Shown one piece after another: positions 11,465 through 23,430 of a stretch of DNA of 46,263 bases (within the stretch, counting starts at the first letter, position 1; each line of letters begins with the position of its first letter). Position numbers and translations under genes: made by a program. The notes beneath the pieces are model-generated. The model had not been told where the DNA came from. It did no database searches and saw only the letters and a program-made list of their open reading frames with translations. This DNA comes from Octopus bimaculoides (Eukaryota): positions 71,141,595 to 71,187,857 of the forward strand of contig NC_068991.1 in NCBI RefSeq assembly GCF_001194135.2. The letters run 5' to 3'.

Positions 11465-12005
11465 TCCGTGGTGGCGGCAGTGATGGTGATGGTGGTGGTG
11501 GTGGAAGAGGACAACAGAAGTGGTGTTACTATGGTGGTGGTGGTGCAAGTGAGGTGGGGTGGTGTGCTGGAACCAGATTATCACCCACTAATGGTACAGC
11601 GAAAGTCTGTTTTAGTGACACTGGTACCAAATGTAAATTAACTCTGCAGTCTGACAGATTTAATGGCCCCGACTACCAGGGAGGGTCCCCCCTCCTGCAC
11701 TGCTCCCTCTTCTCTCTCCCCCCAACTCTCCAACTAATGATTTTCTCACCCCCACTAGCAAAATTCCCCTGGCTCTTGTGCTAATATCTTAATATTAATT
11801 ATAACATCTTCCCTGCCTAATCAATGCCGTTACTGCTACTACCACCACCACCACCACCACCATCACTAACCACTGATACCACCAATACCATTAACTACCA
11901 CTACTACTCCTACCACAGCTACTAACAACACTACTACTACAACAACAACCACCATCACCACCACCACCACAACTACTACGGTTGCTACCACTGCTTCTGC
12001 TGCTG
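11465..12005. repeat. Degenerate (GGT)n and (ACC/ACT/AAC)n trinucleotide tracts
   Basis: G-rich trinucleotide run at ~11465-11560 and C/A-rich run at ~11830-12005. Confidence 0.8.
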
Positions 12006-12140
12006 CTAACTTAGCCCCAGGTGGTCTCACATTTATTCGGGTTACCTTATTCTTGCTAAAAATTCCTCTTAATCACATTGGCATCGCATTTCCTTCTCGA
12101 ATGGCAGCCGTTTCCGCTGAGCCTGTTTCCTGCTCTTCCG

Positions 12141-12171
<31 letters not shown>

Positions 12172-12443
12172 TTTTTTAATTTTCTCCTCTCCCCCCCTCT
12201 CTCCCCCATTGTCTCCGTCTAGTTCCATCTCTCCTGTCAACGGAGGTTACTCAACACACGCTCACAGAGAGAGAGAGAGAGAGAGAGAAGGCTCTAACCG
12301 CCACCCTATCATCAACAGTCGGGGACTCGCCTTATCTAACTCGTCTATGCAAAATAACAATCCTCTTTGCTTACAATATCACTACCAGCTTCTTCAGAGA
12401 TACGCACACAGAGTGGGCATGATCAAGAGAAAAATATCTACAT

Positions 12444-12481
<38 letters not shown>

Positions 12482-13205
12482 TATAGATAGATATATATAG
12501 ATATACGTGTGTGTGTGTGTGTGTAGTTATGCTGAGTGCTTATGGTTGGTGCCCAGGCTTTTTTGCTCATCGATTCTTTTACATCAAGTGTCATATTTCT
12601 AGTATTTAGCATGGGGAAGATGAGATCAATAGAGCTATAAGATCTTAAGGTTATGCGGGTAATGTTAGTTATTGTATTGATCCTTTTGGGAACCAATAAA
12701 TCATGGGGGGGGGTTTTCGTGCTTTGTTGGAGGGGGAGGTGTTTTTGTTTGTTTGTTTGGTTGTTTTTTTTCTTTCTTTTTTTTTTAGAGTGAGGGTATA
12801 CTTTTTTTTCTCTTTGCTTCACCGTTTGTTTTTTTTGCAATCTTTTTTTTTTTTTTCACGTATTTCTTATTTCAATTTTTTCTTTTTGTTAAATCCGTAT
12901 ATGACATCTGCAAGTGAGATAAAATGTTGAAGTACCTTAGACAGAGAGCCAAATAAGCACTAGGTTCTGTAATGTAATTTTTTTTTTTTTAAGTCTCCTC
13001 CTTCCCTCCCTCCACACACACACACCTCTATCCATATGGCTTTACTTATTTCTATCTACATGTTTGGCATATTCTCTTTGGTGATTGATCATTACTTGAG
13101 TGTGTGTACAAATAAATATACATATGAGTGTGTGTGTGTGTGTGTGTGCGCACGCACATCATAGGTGAATAGATAAATTGACAGCTAGAAAGACACAAAC
13201 TGACC

Positions 13206-13320
13206 GATAGATAGATAGATAGATAGGTAGATAGACACAAATAAACAGATAGGTGCAGATAGATAAATACAAATGGATAGATAGATACAGGTAGATGTGG
13301 ATAGATGGATAGATATGGAG
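13206..13320. repeat. (GATA)n tetranucleotide repeat, degenerate 3' part
   Basis: Read directly from the sequence. Confidence 0.85.
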
Positions 13321-13906
13321 AGATACGCATGAATTCAACAGAGAAGATCGTAATAAATATAAACCATAAAAGGGCTCTTAAAAATTTGCAGGCGATTATA
13401 AACATTTCCTGGTTTTAGTAAGTTTTTACTTAGAACTTTAGTCATTAGCTGTTAAGAGGACATCTATTTGTGTTTACATAGAGCTAAATCAATCACTTCT
13501 ATAGAAATTTAGGTATAAATCAGCTAAAATGATAATTTGCTTCCCCCTCAGAGATAGAAAGTGCAGAGCTGAGAAGATTTTTTTTTTCTTTTTTTTAGCC
13601 TTGCCAAAGGCAAGGCAACCCCTATGGTGCTCGTGCAATGAAAACAAAATGTATCAAGTATGCTTGTTACCCAAGTACACTTTGTTCTCAAGTGAGAAGT
13701 GCACATGCATGGAACTGAGTCGACTTGGCTTTTGACAGTGGTGACTTCCTGGAATTTTCTTTATTCCATATGTATTATGCATTTTTTTAATCTGGACTGG
13801 TCAAATAGAGGAACACCAATTTCGGTAAATTTTAACCTAATTACACATTTGTACACGCAGATTTAATCAGTACTGTGTGGGTTAAAGAATGGGAACAGAA
13901 TTAGTG

Positions 13907-13982
13907 GTTGGTGTCAGGAAGGGCATCAAGCTGCACCATGCCAAGACGCTGAACATAGTAGCCAGGGTCCTCTAACCCTTCC
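13907..13982 (+). mobile_element. Degenerate RTE-type LINE 3' UTR fragment
   Basis: ggttggtgtcaggaagggcatcaagctg...ccatgccaagac matches 41333-41370 and the reverse complement of 42850-42890. Confidence 0.7.
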
Positions 13983-14762
13983 AATTCTGTTAAACTGTCC
14001 GACTTATGGCACCATGGGAAGCAGAGATAAAATAATGATTATGAAGATGATGATGCTGTGGTAATTGTTCTTTTCTCTTCAATGTAAATGTAAAGAAATA
14101 TCTCAGCTCGTTGCTGTCTTCCCCACCATTAAATTTAGGTATTGTGTAATTCGTAAGGGTTTTCAGGCTATTAGTCAATTTCTTTTTTTTTATTTTTATT
14201 TTGACCTCTCCACTCAACCACAACTGCTGCCAAAAATGGAAGTGGGCATTTTCATTTTTTTTTCCTTTGTTTTGTTTTTTGTTTTTTGTTTTTTTTTTTG
14301 TCTTAAGCAGCATTAGACAGTATTTTAGTTTCTCAAAGACATCAATCACTGTAAAACTAGTCTTTTTGCAGTGATCATTGCTGCTATTTCCGCTGAGATC
14401 TGTACAATCTGAGCTATTTAAAATGTCATTGTCTGCAGAGGCGGCTTTATGAAACACACTTTAGCATATGGCCTTTCTAGGGGGGGCGGGGAACTACAAT
14501 CGCTGGCCCCATTTCAGGGTAATTTTGAAAGACGTCTTTCGGCATTGATGACTGTGCCGGAACCGAGCACACATATCCAAAATCAATTGATAGCACATAC
14601 ACATACACATACACAACGTGTACATATACATACTTCAATACACACACGCATACACATAAGTAGAGAAAAGTTATTATGCTGTCTGGTTCTGGTTGCTTAC
14701 TGACATGCATCAGATTGGATGGTGAAAATGTACTGATGAAGTTTTACTATAGCACTGACCTC

Positions 14763-14801
<39 letters not shown>

Positions 14802-14977
14802 GGGTGTGCATATGTATGTGTGCCTACACGTGCTTTCGTATGGTGTGAATAGGGAAATCACACATTTTTCTAAATGTCTAGAATGAATCAAGATTAAAAC
14901 TGACGATGACTTGTGTATAATTTTTCAGTACATTTCTTTCACATACACACACACACACACATCTACATATATACATA

Positions 14978-15032
<55 letters not shown>

Positions 15033-15865
15033 NNNNNNNNNNNNNNNNNNNNNNNNNNNNNNNNNNNNNNNNNNNNNNNNNNNNNNNNNNNNNNNNNNNN
15101 NNNNNNNNNNCATGTATGGTAGGGAGAAATTTCAGAAAAGCCTATTTCCGTTTCTTAAGCTTATGACATACTTTGACACCTACTCCCCCCTGCCCCACCC
15201 CCTCCACCACGTGAGTTACACGGTTGAATCAATTTCCAATTTTTTGGGTTTTTCTTTTTTTTTTTGGCTGGTAGTTACAAATTTTTCTATTTATTTTTTT
15301 TTAAATTTTTTTTTTTTACCATTCCATCTAGCTGCAGTCCAAGACTAATCATTCCTTCCTATTCACTAAAGACTCTCCAAACGCAATTTCTTTCTTTCTT
15401 TCTTTTTTTTGTTTTGTTTCTTTCTCCCAAAGACCATTTCTGCTATATTTTCCTCACCCATTCTTAGCTACTCTCCTCCTCTGGTCCAACAACTATCTAC
15501 CATTTTCTTGGTCTTTTCTTTTTTTTTTTCTTTTTTCTTTCTTTGTGGTAGAGTTAGTTACAGAGTGGGCGTGTCTACTCTTATGTATGTATGTGTGTGT
15601 AACACTCCTCGAATCTTTTACACTTATTTTCTTAATGGTTTCTCTGTGTAACTTACACCGTTTTAACCTGTTAATGTCTTAAACCTCTCCGCACTCTGCC
15701 ACAACTATCAACGTTGACTGACGACAGCCATTACTCTTCTTCCTGGCTTTGCTGATTGTGGTGCTTGGGGCCAACCAACGCCTTCAAGACCACTTATCTT
15801 TGAAGTCTGGTCTTCACTCTCTTGGTCTCAATTTGCTAAAATTCTAAGTTATGGAGGATGTAAAC

Positions 15866-16185
15866 AACACCGTTCCAGGTTCAGCCTCACTGTGTAGCAC
15901 CATGGCCAAGCATCTTCTACTCTAACCTTGGGTCGGCCAAAACCACGTGGGTGGATTTGGTAGAGGGGAATTGAAAGATGCTCATTGTGTGTGTATGTCT
16001 GTCTGTCTTTGTCTCCGATCACTACTTGACATCTGTGTAACTTAGCAGTTCAGCTAGAGACACTGATAGAATAAGTGGTGGACTTTAATGAAACAAATTC
16101 TGGAGTTGATTTATTCAGCCAGAACCTTTCAAGTGCCCCCAGCTTGGCTGCAGTCTAATGACTGAAACTGGGGAGAAACAAAGAG
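15866..16185 (+). mobile_element. Old SINE family A copy (5'-truncated)
   Basis: ttccaggttcagcctcactgtgtagcacc...gtggatttggtaga...gtaacttagcagttcagc...gatagaataagt...cagtctaatgactgaaac follows family A motif order. Confidence 0.85.
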
Positions 16186-16195
16186 GATCGAAAAG

Positions 16196-16352
16196 CCTAC
16201 ACGGTCATGTGACCTGCTGGAAATAGCAACTAATACACTCTTAAGTAACACCACCCTACAGTCTTTAAAGACATTGTGGATAATTTAGTATGAGATGAAT
16301 TACATCTAAGACATGGTGGTCATGGCTGGAGCACCTCAGGTTGTAGGTCTTC
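16196..16352 (+). mobile_element. SINE-like family D
   Basis: gtgacctgctggaaatagcaac...caccctacagtcttt...ggtggtcatggctgg...taggtct. Homologous to 32870-33046. Confidence 0.75.
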
Positions 16353-16904
16353 ATGTCCATTCCTCGCGGCTAAATGACAATTTCTTTACGTTTTCACTTA
16401 TTGTTACCTTTGTATATCCTGGTCTTGTGATGTGTATTGGCTGGCCTACATGGCCTACATGTGATTATCTGTTATGTAGTGCTGTAAGTAGAAGCTGTCT
16501 GAGAGACTTCACCTAAATGACTCGCACACACATGTGCATACACACACTTACACACACACACACACACTTATACACACGCACACAAAGACACATCATGCTA
16601 CACCACAACACACTTGTGATAAGGTTGTGTAAACATGCTTTTTGACCTCAGCTTTTGAATACAAGCACCATGCTCTGGCTGCCCCTTATCACGAAGGTGA
16701 GGGTTGGTGGGGACGGGGGGAAGAGTGCGTCTCCTACCCTAGCCACCTCTTTCGCCCACTGTGCTACTATCTATCACCTCTCAAATTTGTCACAATGATA
16801 AATTAACTGTCCTTTCTTTCAGCCAAAATCTAACTTCTGTTAATGGTGATGATGATGATATCATGGACAGCAATGTATCATTATCATTGTTGTTATTATT
16901 GTAT

Positions 16905-17310
16905 AAGAGCGATGGACTGGCGACAGCATTATTAGTGTCACAAAAAATGCTTTGCCATATTTGTCCCAGCTCTTTACATTCTGGTTTCAAATCCTACCGA
17001 GGCTGAATTTGCCTTTCATTCTTTCATGGTCGATAAAATAAAGCACATGTCAAGTACTCAGGTTAATGTAATCAACTAGACCCCCCCCCCCCGAAAAAAA
17101 TATTTCAGAGNNNNNNNNNNCCCCCCCCCCCGAAAAAAATATTTCAGAGCCTTGTGCCAAAATTAGAATGCATTATCATTGTTAGTAGCAGTAGTAGTAG
17201 TAGTAGTAGTAGAAGAAAAAGAAGAGTTAAGGTGGCAACCTGACAGAATCTTCAGCACACTAGACATCTCATTCGCCTTTATGTTCTGTGTCCAGATTCT
17301 GCCGAAGCCA
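16905..17310 (+). mobile_element. SINE family C copy followed by a second C head (tandem)
   Basis: Copy 1 (16905-~17210) has tttcaaatcctaccgaggctgaatttgcctttcattctttcatggtcgataaaataa and ends ccttgtgcc plus a trinucleotide tail. Copy 2 head aaggtggcaacctgacagaatc runs 17229-17310. Confidence 0.85.
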
Positions 17311-18342
17311 GCCGGTACTTTTTGGATATCTCACCCCCATTAAAAAATTGGGTTATCTCCCCACTAAAAAAATCGAGTTAATGATAGCAACAAAGAGATT
17401 GGATTAAATGGGATCTATTTCATTCAGCACTTCAACACATTAACGTTTTCCCCCTCCCCTCAATAAGCATGGTATAATTTGTTATAAATATGTTATCAGN
17501 NNNNNNNNNTAACCCACTAAACTCCTCCCCATCAAAACTTCAGGCTTTGAGCTTGTAATAGAAGCAATTATTTTGTGCAAATTATCAGCTGTCCTCTATA
17601 TTATGGATGGAGTTCAGTTCTTTTAGTCTTGCTCTTTGTTTGTTTTGTTTTTTACCTGATGGATTTATAACCCCCTCCTTCCTTCCCAGTAGTCTAATCT
17701 GTCTGTCTGTCTCTCTCTCTCTCTCCTTTATTTATTAGGGTTAGTGATGTCTGAGTGACTGGTACAGTGGTTCAATCTCCCAGTATGTGACCTAAGATTT
17801 AACTCAAGTGACCTCTCAGGAATGTGTTGTCATCTTATCTTATTGTTGTTGGTTTAAAGGTCAAACTGATTGAGTTGCTTTCTGGGTAACACATCTGTCA
17901 TCTTTTACATGGACAAATCTGGGTCAGACCCTCACATAGATGTTACTTGAATTATGAGTACCACTACCCCTCCTCCTTTCATACTTTTCTCTTCGTTTTT
18001 TTTTTCCTTTTTTTTCATTTTAGAATTGCATTGCTGAATTCCTTAGTACAACTTTTTTCTGTCCCACTACTAAAAGAAAAATATAAAAGCAACGACAACT
18101 GGTTATCCTTTGTGAATGCCAGTTTTAAAACATTAGCTAGTTTATTAAATAAAATGGGTGAGCCATCCATAGCCATGATTGGTGTGTAAGTACGGGGTTG
18201 GTGATATGCGCCATAGTTTCACTGATTTTCTTTTTTCGGTACCTACGTAGATGCATGCACGCACACGTAGAGCCTCGCCTTGTGGCTATCTTAGTTCTGA
18301 CTCGGTAGAGCATACAAGATGTGACACCTGGAGAGAGTCGGA

Positions 18343-18449
18343 GGTATTCACTTTCAGCTGAGTATACTGGAGCAACACGTAGTGAAATAACTTGCTCAAG
18401 GATACCATGTATTGTGAAATCCAGAAATCGAACCCAAACTTATGATCAT
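18343..18449 (-). mobile_element. SINE family F fragment (CORE-like central domain)
   Basis: Minus strand gggttcgatttctgg...tccttgagcaag...tgttgctccagtatactcagctg is homologous to 25120-25190 and 25930-26010. It resembles the CORE-SINE domain as I recall it. Confidence 0.75.
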
Positions 18450-19404
18450 ATATATATATATACATATATATACACCATATGATATTTTCTTTAATAGGCA
18501 TTACACCACTATTCACACGTGGTATATATANNNNNNNNNNNNNNNNNNNNNNNNNNNNNNNNNNNNNNNNNNNNNNNNNNNNNNNNNNNNNNNNNNNNNN
18601 NNNNNNNNNNNNNNNNNNNNNNNNNNNNNNNNNNNNNNNNNNNNNNNNNNNNNNNNNNNNNNNNNNNNNNNNNNNNNNNNNNNNNNNNNNNNNNNNNNNN
18701 NNNNNNNNNNNNNNNNNNNNNNNNNNNNNNNNNNNNNNNNNNNNNNNNNNNNNNNNNNNNNNNNNNNNNNNNNNNNNNNNNNNNNNNNNNNNNNNNNNNN
18801 NNNNNNNNNNNNNNNNNNNNNNNNNNNNNNNNNNNNNNNNNNNNNNNNNNNNNNNNNNNNNNNNNNNNNNNNNNNNNNNNNNNNNNNNNNNNNNNNNNNN
18901 NNNNNNNNNNNNNNNNNNNNNNNNNNNNNNNNNNNNNNNNNNNNNNNNNNNNNNNNNNNNNNNNNNNNNNNNNNNNNNNNNNNNNNNNNNNNNNNNNNNN
19001 NNNNNNNNNNNNNNNNNNNAATAAAGAAAAGGTACAATGTTAACGAAATCATTAAAAGTGATCGCTTCTTTGGTTACAAAGGGCCCACGTCGTTTATTAG
19101 CTTTGTTGAGTTCGTTGACTTAAAAATCTTGCCTTGTATTACTGGTGTTTATTTTATCAACGATGTATGACCCCGGAAAGTGTTGAATTAAATATGTGAA
19201 GTTTCTAGCTCAGCTCTTTACCATCTGTGCCAATTAACCAACGAATTTGGCATTCGTAAACAAAAAAAACAAAAAAAATCAAGTGCGTGTGTGTGTATGT
19301 GCGTGAGAATATATATATATATATAAAAAAGGAAAATCTTTTATTAGATTAGATAGAATTATTTATTTAGAATTAAGCCTATTTCAGTCATACGTCATCT
19401 TTTC

Positions 19405-19510
19405 ACTCCTTTGGAATTGATAAAATGAGTACCAGAATTTCTACAAGTGTATTTATGTGTATATATATGAATTAATTTGTCCCCGCCGCCACCACCTGAG
19501 AAAAGCAAGG
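19405..19510 (+). mobile_element. Degenerate SINE family C 3' fragment
   Basis: cttttcactcctttggaattgataaaatgagtaccag...ggccttgt matches the family C central motif and tail. Confidence 0.6.
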
Positions 19511-19727
19511 CCTTGTATGTAAAGTAACGTCACTGTTACCGCCTTCACCACCACCACCATCATCATCATTGCCACTGTAACATAAACTTTATTACTCCAA
19601 GGGAGACAATCACCGACTGAATAGATTTCACTATGTACTGCTAATATGTTAGAGAGATAAGTTTCTTTCCTTCTCCACTTTGCCCCTCTCTTTCATGGAC
19701 ACACCTCCTCTCTGTCTCACTTTCATT

Positions 19728-19758
<31 letters not shown>

Positions 19759-20081
19759 ACTTTCATTCTCTTTCTTTTTCTCTTTCTCTCTCATCTATGG
19801 TCTACGTTTTCATTATTTTTTTGTTTTTTAAAATTAAGGCATATTTTTACGAGTTGAACAAAATTCTGTGTCTGTGTGTTTGTATACCTGCGTGCACACA
19901 CACAAACACAAACACACACACACACACACACAAAATTAACGTATGCGTGTGTACGCACATGTACATGAAAGCTTATATGTTGCCACGCATAAATGTGTAT
20001 ATGTATGTATATTGGTGTTTGTATGTATGTAAAAAGTATAGCCTTATAAACAGAGAAATGAACTCGATGCATGAGGGCAGT

Positions 20082-20145
<64 letters not shown>

Positions 20146-20544
20146 ATATATAAAACAATAATAAATGAGTATATGCATATATACGTACAAGTATGTGCAT
20201 ACCTGCATCTTCCTGTATATATATATATATAATATTCAGGGGTTTATTTCTGTGCTTGGGTGGGATTTTTTTTATCTGTCTGTCTATATCTTATTTTATT
20301 TGAAATTTAAGAGTTAGTTTGTAACGAAGGTAACATCGCTGGAATTCGGTTAACAAAACAGTAAGGGGTTACCTGTTGAGCTTTTTTTCTTTTTTCCTTT
20401 TTTTTTGTTGTTGTTGTTGTTGCAGAATATATTCGTAAAATGTGTAATTTATAAATCACAGTAGAGAAGCTCCATATCTGCGTGTATGTATGTATGTAGT
20501 TCTCTGAGTTGTATGACCAGCTCAAAAGTGCTGGTCACACACTG

Positions 20545-20662
20545 TAAACCGATTGGTATCCAGTCATAGAAACGATGCCAAATCAGACACTGGACACATT
20601 GGATCCTGTCGAATCATTCAACCCTTGCCAGCATGGAATATGGACATTAAATGATGACGATA
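20545..20662 (+). mobile_element. Degenerate RTE-type LINE 3' tail
   Basis: atccagtcatagaaacgatgccaaatcagac...caacccttgccagcatggaatatggacattaaatgatgacgat. Confidence 0.8.
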
Positions 20663-20726
20663 GTGAGGTGGAAGTTATGGATGGGAAAGAATAGTGGAAG
20701 ACAAGTGAAAAGCAGTATATGAAAAC

Positions 20727-21100
20727 GTTGGTAAGAAGCTTGCTTCCCTACCACATGGTTCTGGGTTGGGTCCCACTGTGTGGCACCTTGGGCCTCTATC
20801 TTCCAATAGGGTCTCAGGCCGACCAAAGCTTTGTGAGTGGATTTGGTAGATGGAAACTGAAAGAAGCCCATCATATATATATATTTAGATTTATGTGTGT
20901 GTTTGAATCTGTGTTTGTCTCCCCCACTATTGCTTGACAATTGATGTTAGTGTGTTGATCACCCCATAACTTGGCAGTTTGGCAAAAGAGGCCAATAGAA
21001 TAAGTACTAGGCTTACAAAGAATGAGTCCTGGGGGTCAGATTGTTCGACTAAAGGTGGTGCTCCAGCATGGCCGCAGTCAACTGACTGAAACAAGTAAAA

Positions 21101-21101
<1 letters not shown>
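20727..21101 (+). mobile_element. SINE family A, near full length
   Basis: Runs from ggtaagaagcttgcttcccta to ctccagcatggccgcagtcaactgactgaaacaagtaaaag. Colinear with the reverse complement of 39065-39450. Confidence 0.95.
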
Positions 21102-21135
<34 letters not shown>

Positions 21136-21139
21136 GGTT

Positions 21140-22300
21140 AGGAGAAACACTGTTTAGTCCCCTGCATTATCAGTTTTAACATCCTGCATTGGTTGGGCAT
21201 ATTCTGTGGCCCTTTTGTTATTTCTTTCATTTTTTGTCTTCGTACTTTTTAATTGGTCATACCACTCTCAATTTGGCAGTAGGTGGTCCCTCTGCTCTGT
21301 CTATTCAGACTCTACATTTTGCCCTCCCGTTTAGTCTCTCCTCATTCAAAAACCTCTCATGGTAGCCTTCCCATGCCTTTTGCATAAGGAAAAGGTTTGC
21401 CACCATCATAATGTACACACTTCCTCCTCAATGTTGTCTTAATCCTCTCTTCTACATTGTCTTACCATCCAGAACTCCTTGTACCTGTGATCTTCACACA
21501 ACAAAATACACAAATCTTTTACTGTCAGCTCTCTCTCTCCCTGTTACTTATGGTATTATTCCACCTCTACCCCCATGGATTGGAACTTTGTATCAGCCTC
21601 AAACCCAGTTTGTAATATTCAGCAGGTCGCCTCAAAGAAGCTCCCAGTAGTCTGTTTCCTGTCCCAACCAGTACTTCTCTGAACGTTCAACTGGTATAGA
21701 TCTTCTTCAGTTTTCATATCTACCTTCTCCAGTTTGTCTTACGTTTCTGGGTCTATCTAGCTCTTGTACTAAAGCCACTAATCTCTAGTTTATCTTAAAC
21801 GGTGTCTTCTCCACCAAGGAAAGACTTAACATTCACAATCAACCGTTTCTCGCTTTTCCTGGTGAGATTAAAGACCTATCCGACATGTTTGTTTGCCTGA
21901 TTTGTTGGTGATCAGGTGACTGGTTGATTTCATTCAGATTAATATTGCAGCCATGATTGTCATTTGCCTTTGTGTTCATTCACCTGTCCTGATTGTGGTG
22001 CATATGCATTGAAAGAGTCTTCTTGTATCTCGTCCATGGCCAGTCCGTGTTTAATTCTCACACATGCTCTGACTATTTCAGTCATGCCTTGCCAGATCTC
22101 TGCTAACAATCTGCCTACTTCGTCTATACTATTGCTGTATCGTCCATCTAGAAGAATTTATACCTTTGCTCCTCGTCTTGGAGAAGTTTGATTCTGGTTC
22201 ACCTGCAGCTTAACTACTTGTACACAGCCTACACATGACCATCACTCCTGACTCACCTTCTTCCTTTACACCTGTTCTAATGGGGACAAGCTTAGAGTTT
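21140..22300 (-). pseudogene. Decayed non-LTR retrotransposon ORF (RTE-clade-like): AP endonuclease and linker, no RT domain visible
   Basis: Manual minus-strand translation across stops and frameshifts gives ...CVQVV...RYKFF*...VGRLLAEIW...RIKHGL...NAYAPQSG...SHLITNKSG...VNVKSFLG...RWNN...KAWEGY. These resemble the endonuclease motifs CxQE, GVG, AYAPQ and HLITYKSG and the WW linker of RTE-type ORFs. An internal deletion of roughly 40 codons appears to lie between the GDFN-equivalent and the HLIT motif. Confidence 0.85.
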
Positions 22301-22599
22301 TGAACCAGACAGGGTGAGATGTGTTTCTTGTTATGTATGTATGTGTCTGCTGGTCTATGTATATATTTGTGTGTATGGGGGGGGAATGTGTGTGTATAAG
22401 TATGTGTTTGTGTGTGTTGAAGATATTGAGAAAAATCTGAAAGATCAGCAGGAATCATGCGAAAGTATTTGTTTGGCGCTTGTAAGGCCTACCATTGCTG
22501 CGAATAGCATGCACTACTGTATCTGTATACCTATGTTTATGATATATGTATACATGCACACACACATGTATATATGTAGTTCATTTTATTCACCCCCTT

Positions 22600-22723
22600 C
22601 TGCCATCACCACAGCACCCCCCTCTCTCTCTCTCTGTTTATCCATCCATCTCACTTTGCACCATCTCTCCATCTATCACTCACATCATTTATCTTTCTGC
22701 AATTCCTACCTCTTTCTCTTTAC

Positions 22724-22762
<39 letters not shown>

Positions 22763-23193
22763 CACCCACACCTCTTGTTATCTCTCTAATTAGCCTACCC
22801 TCTCACTCTCCCCCTCTACTAGTATTACTACCACACCCTTTACCCTTTCTCTTCTTACTGTACTCTCTCTCCATCTGTCCCTATCGCTCTACGAATCCAC
22901 TACACATTTCTTCAATTTCTCTCTCTTCATTTCCCTAACACACACACACACACACACTTCTCTCTGTGTGTACCTGTATGCACCTTTCCATGTAGCTGTG
23001 TATATAATGTACATACATCTTTACGTATCAACCTCTCTTTCATCTATCTACTGTCCTCCTATCTATTATGATCTATATACTTCTCTGTCTATCTATCTAT
23101 CTATCTATCATCTTCTGAATTCTTCTACCCCCCCCCCTCATGCCAGCTGCTCTCCTTCTCTATCCCATCCGTCCCTATTTCTCTCTCTTTCTC

Positions 23194-23236
<43 letters not shown>

Positions 23237-23333
23237 ACTACTCCTTATGTCACCATATCTCCCACTCTGCAGATCTACTTCCTCTAACCACTCCTCACAT
23301 TTTCTATTTACCTCTTGTCATTCTGTGAAGGCT

Positions 23334-23372
<39 letters not shown>

Positions 23373-23430
23373 CACTGTTCCCAACGCCACCACCACCACA
23401 ACCGCCACCGCCGCCACCATCATTACTATA
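22600..23430. repeat. Long pyrimidine-rich compound SSR region: (CT)n, (CTAT)n, (TAC)n, (CAC)n
   Basis: Read directly; the + strand has very little G. Confidence 0.85.

Noticed and set aside
13990-14457. 155-aa minus-strand ORF (MFHKAASADND...)
   Set aside because: It starts at GTG right after a stop, has no acceptor, and runs into poly-A-derived lysine tracts.
14733-14760. CTGATGA hammerhead-core word (also at 44885-44891 on the minus strand)
   Set aside because: No downstream GAAA with a stem II or flanking stems. No hammerhead core was found in the tandem C units either.
15376-15388. 13-nt match (TCCAAACGCAATT) to the 3' part of miR-219
   Set aside because: The seed region UGAUUG is absent and I see no precursor hairpin.
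17081-17149. Direct repeat (C)n-gaaaaaaatatttcagag on both sides of a 10-N gap
   Set aside because: This is the typical unmerged contig overlap around a minimal gap. Removing one copy restores a normal family C 3' end.
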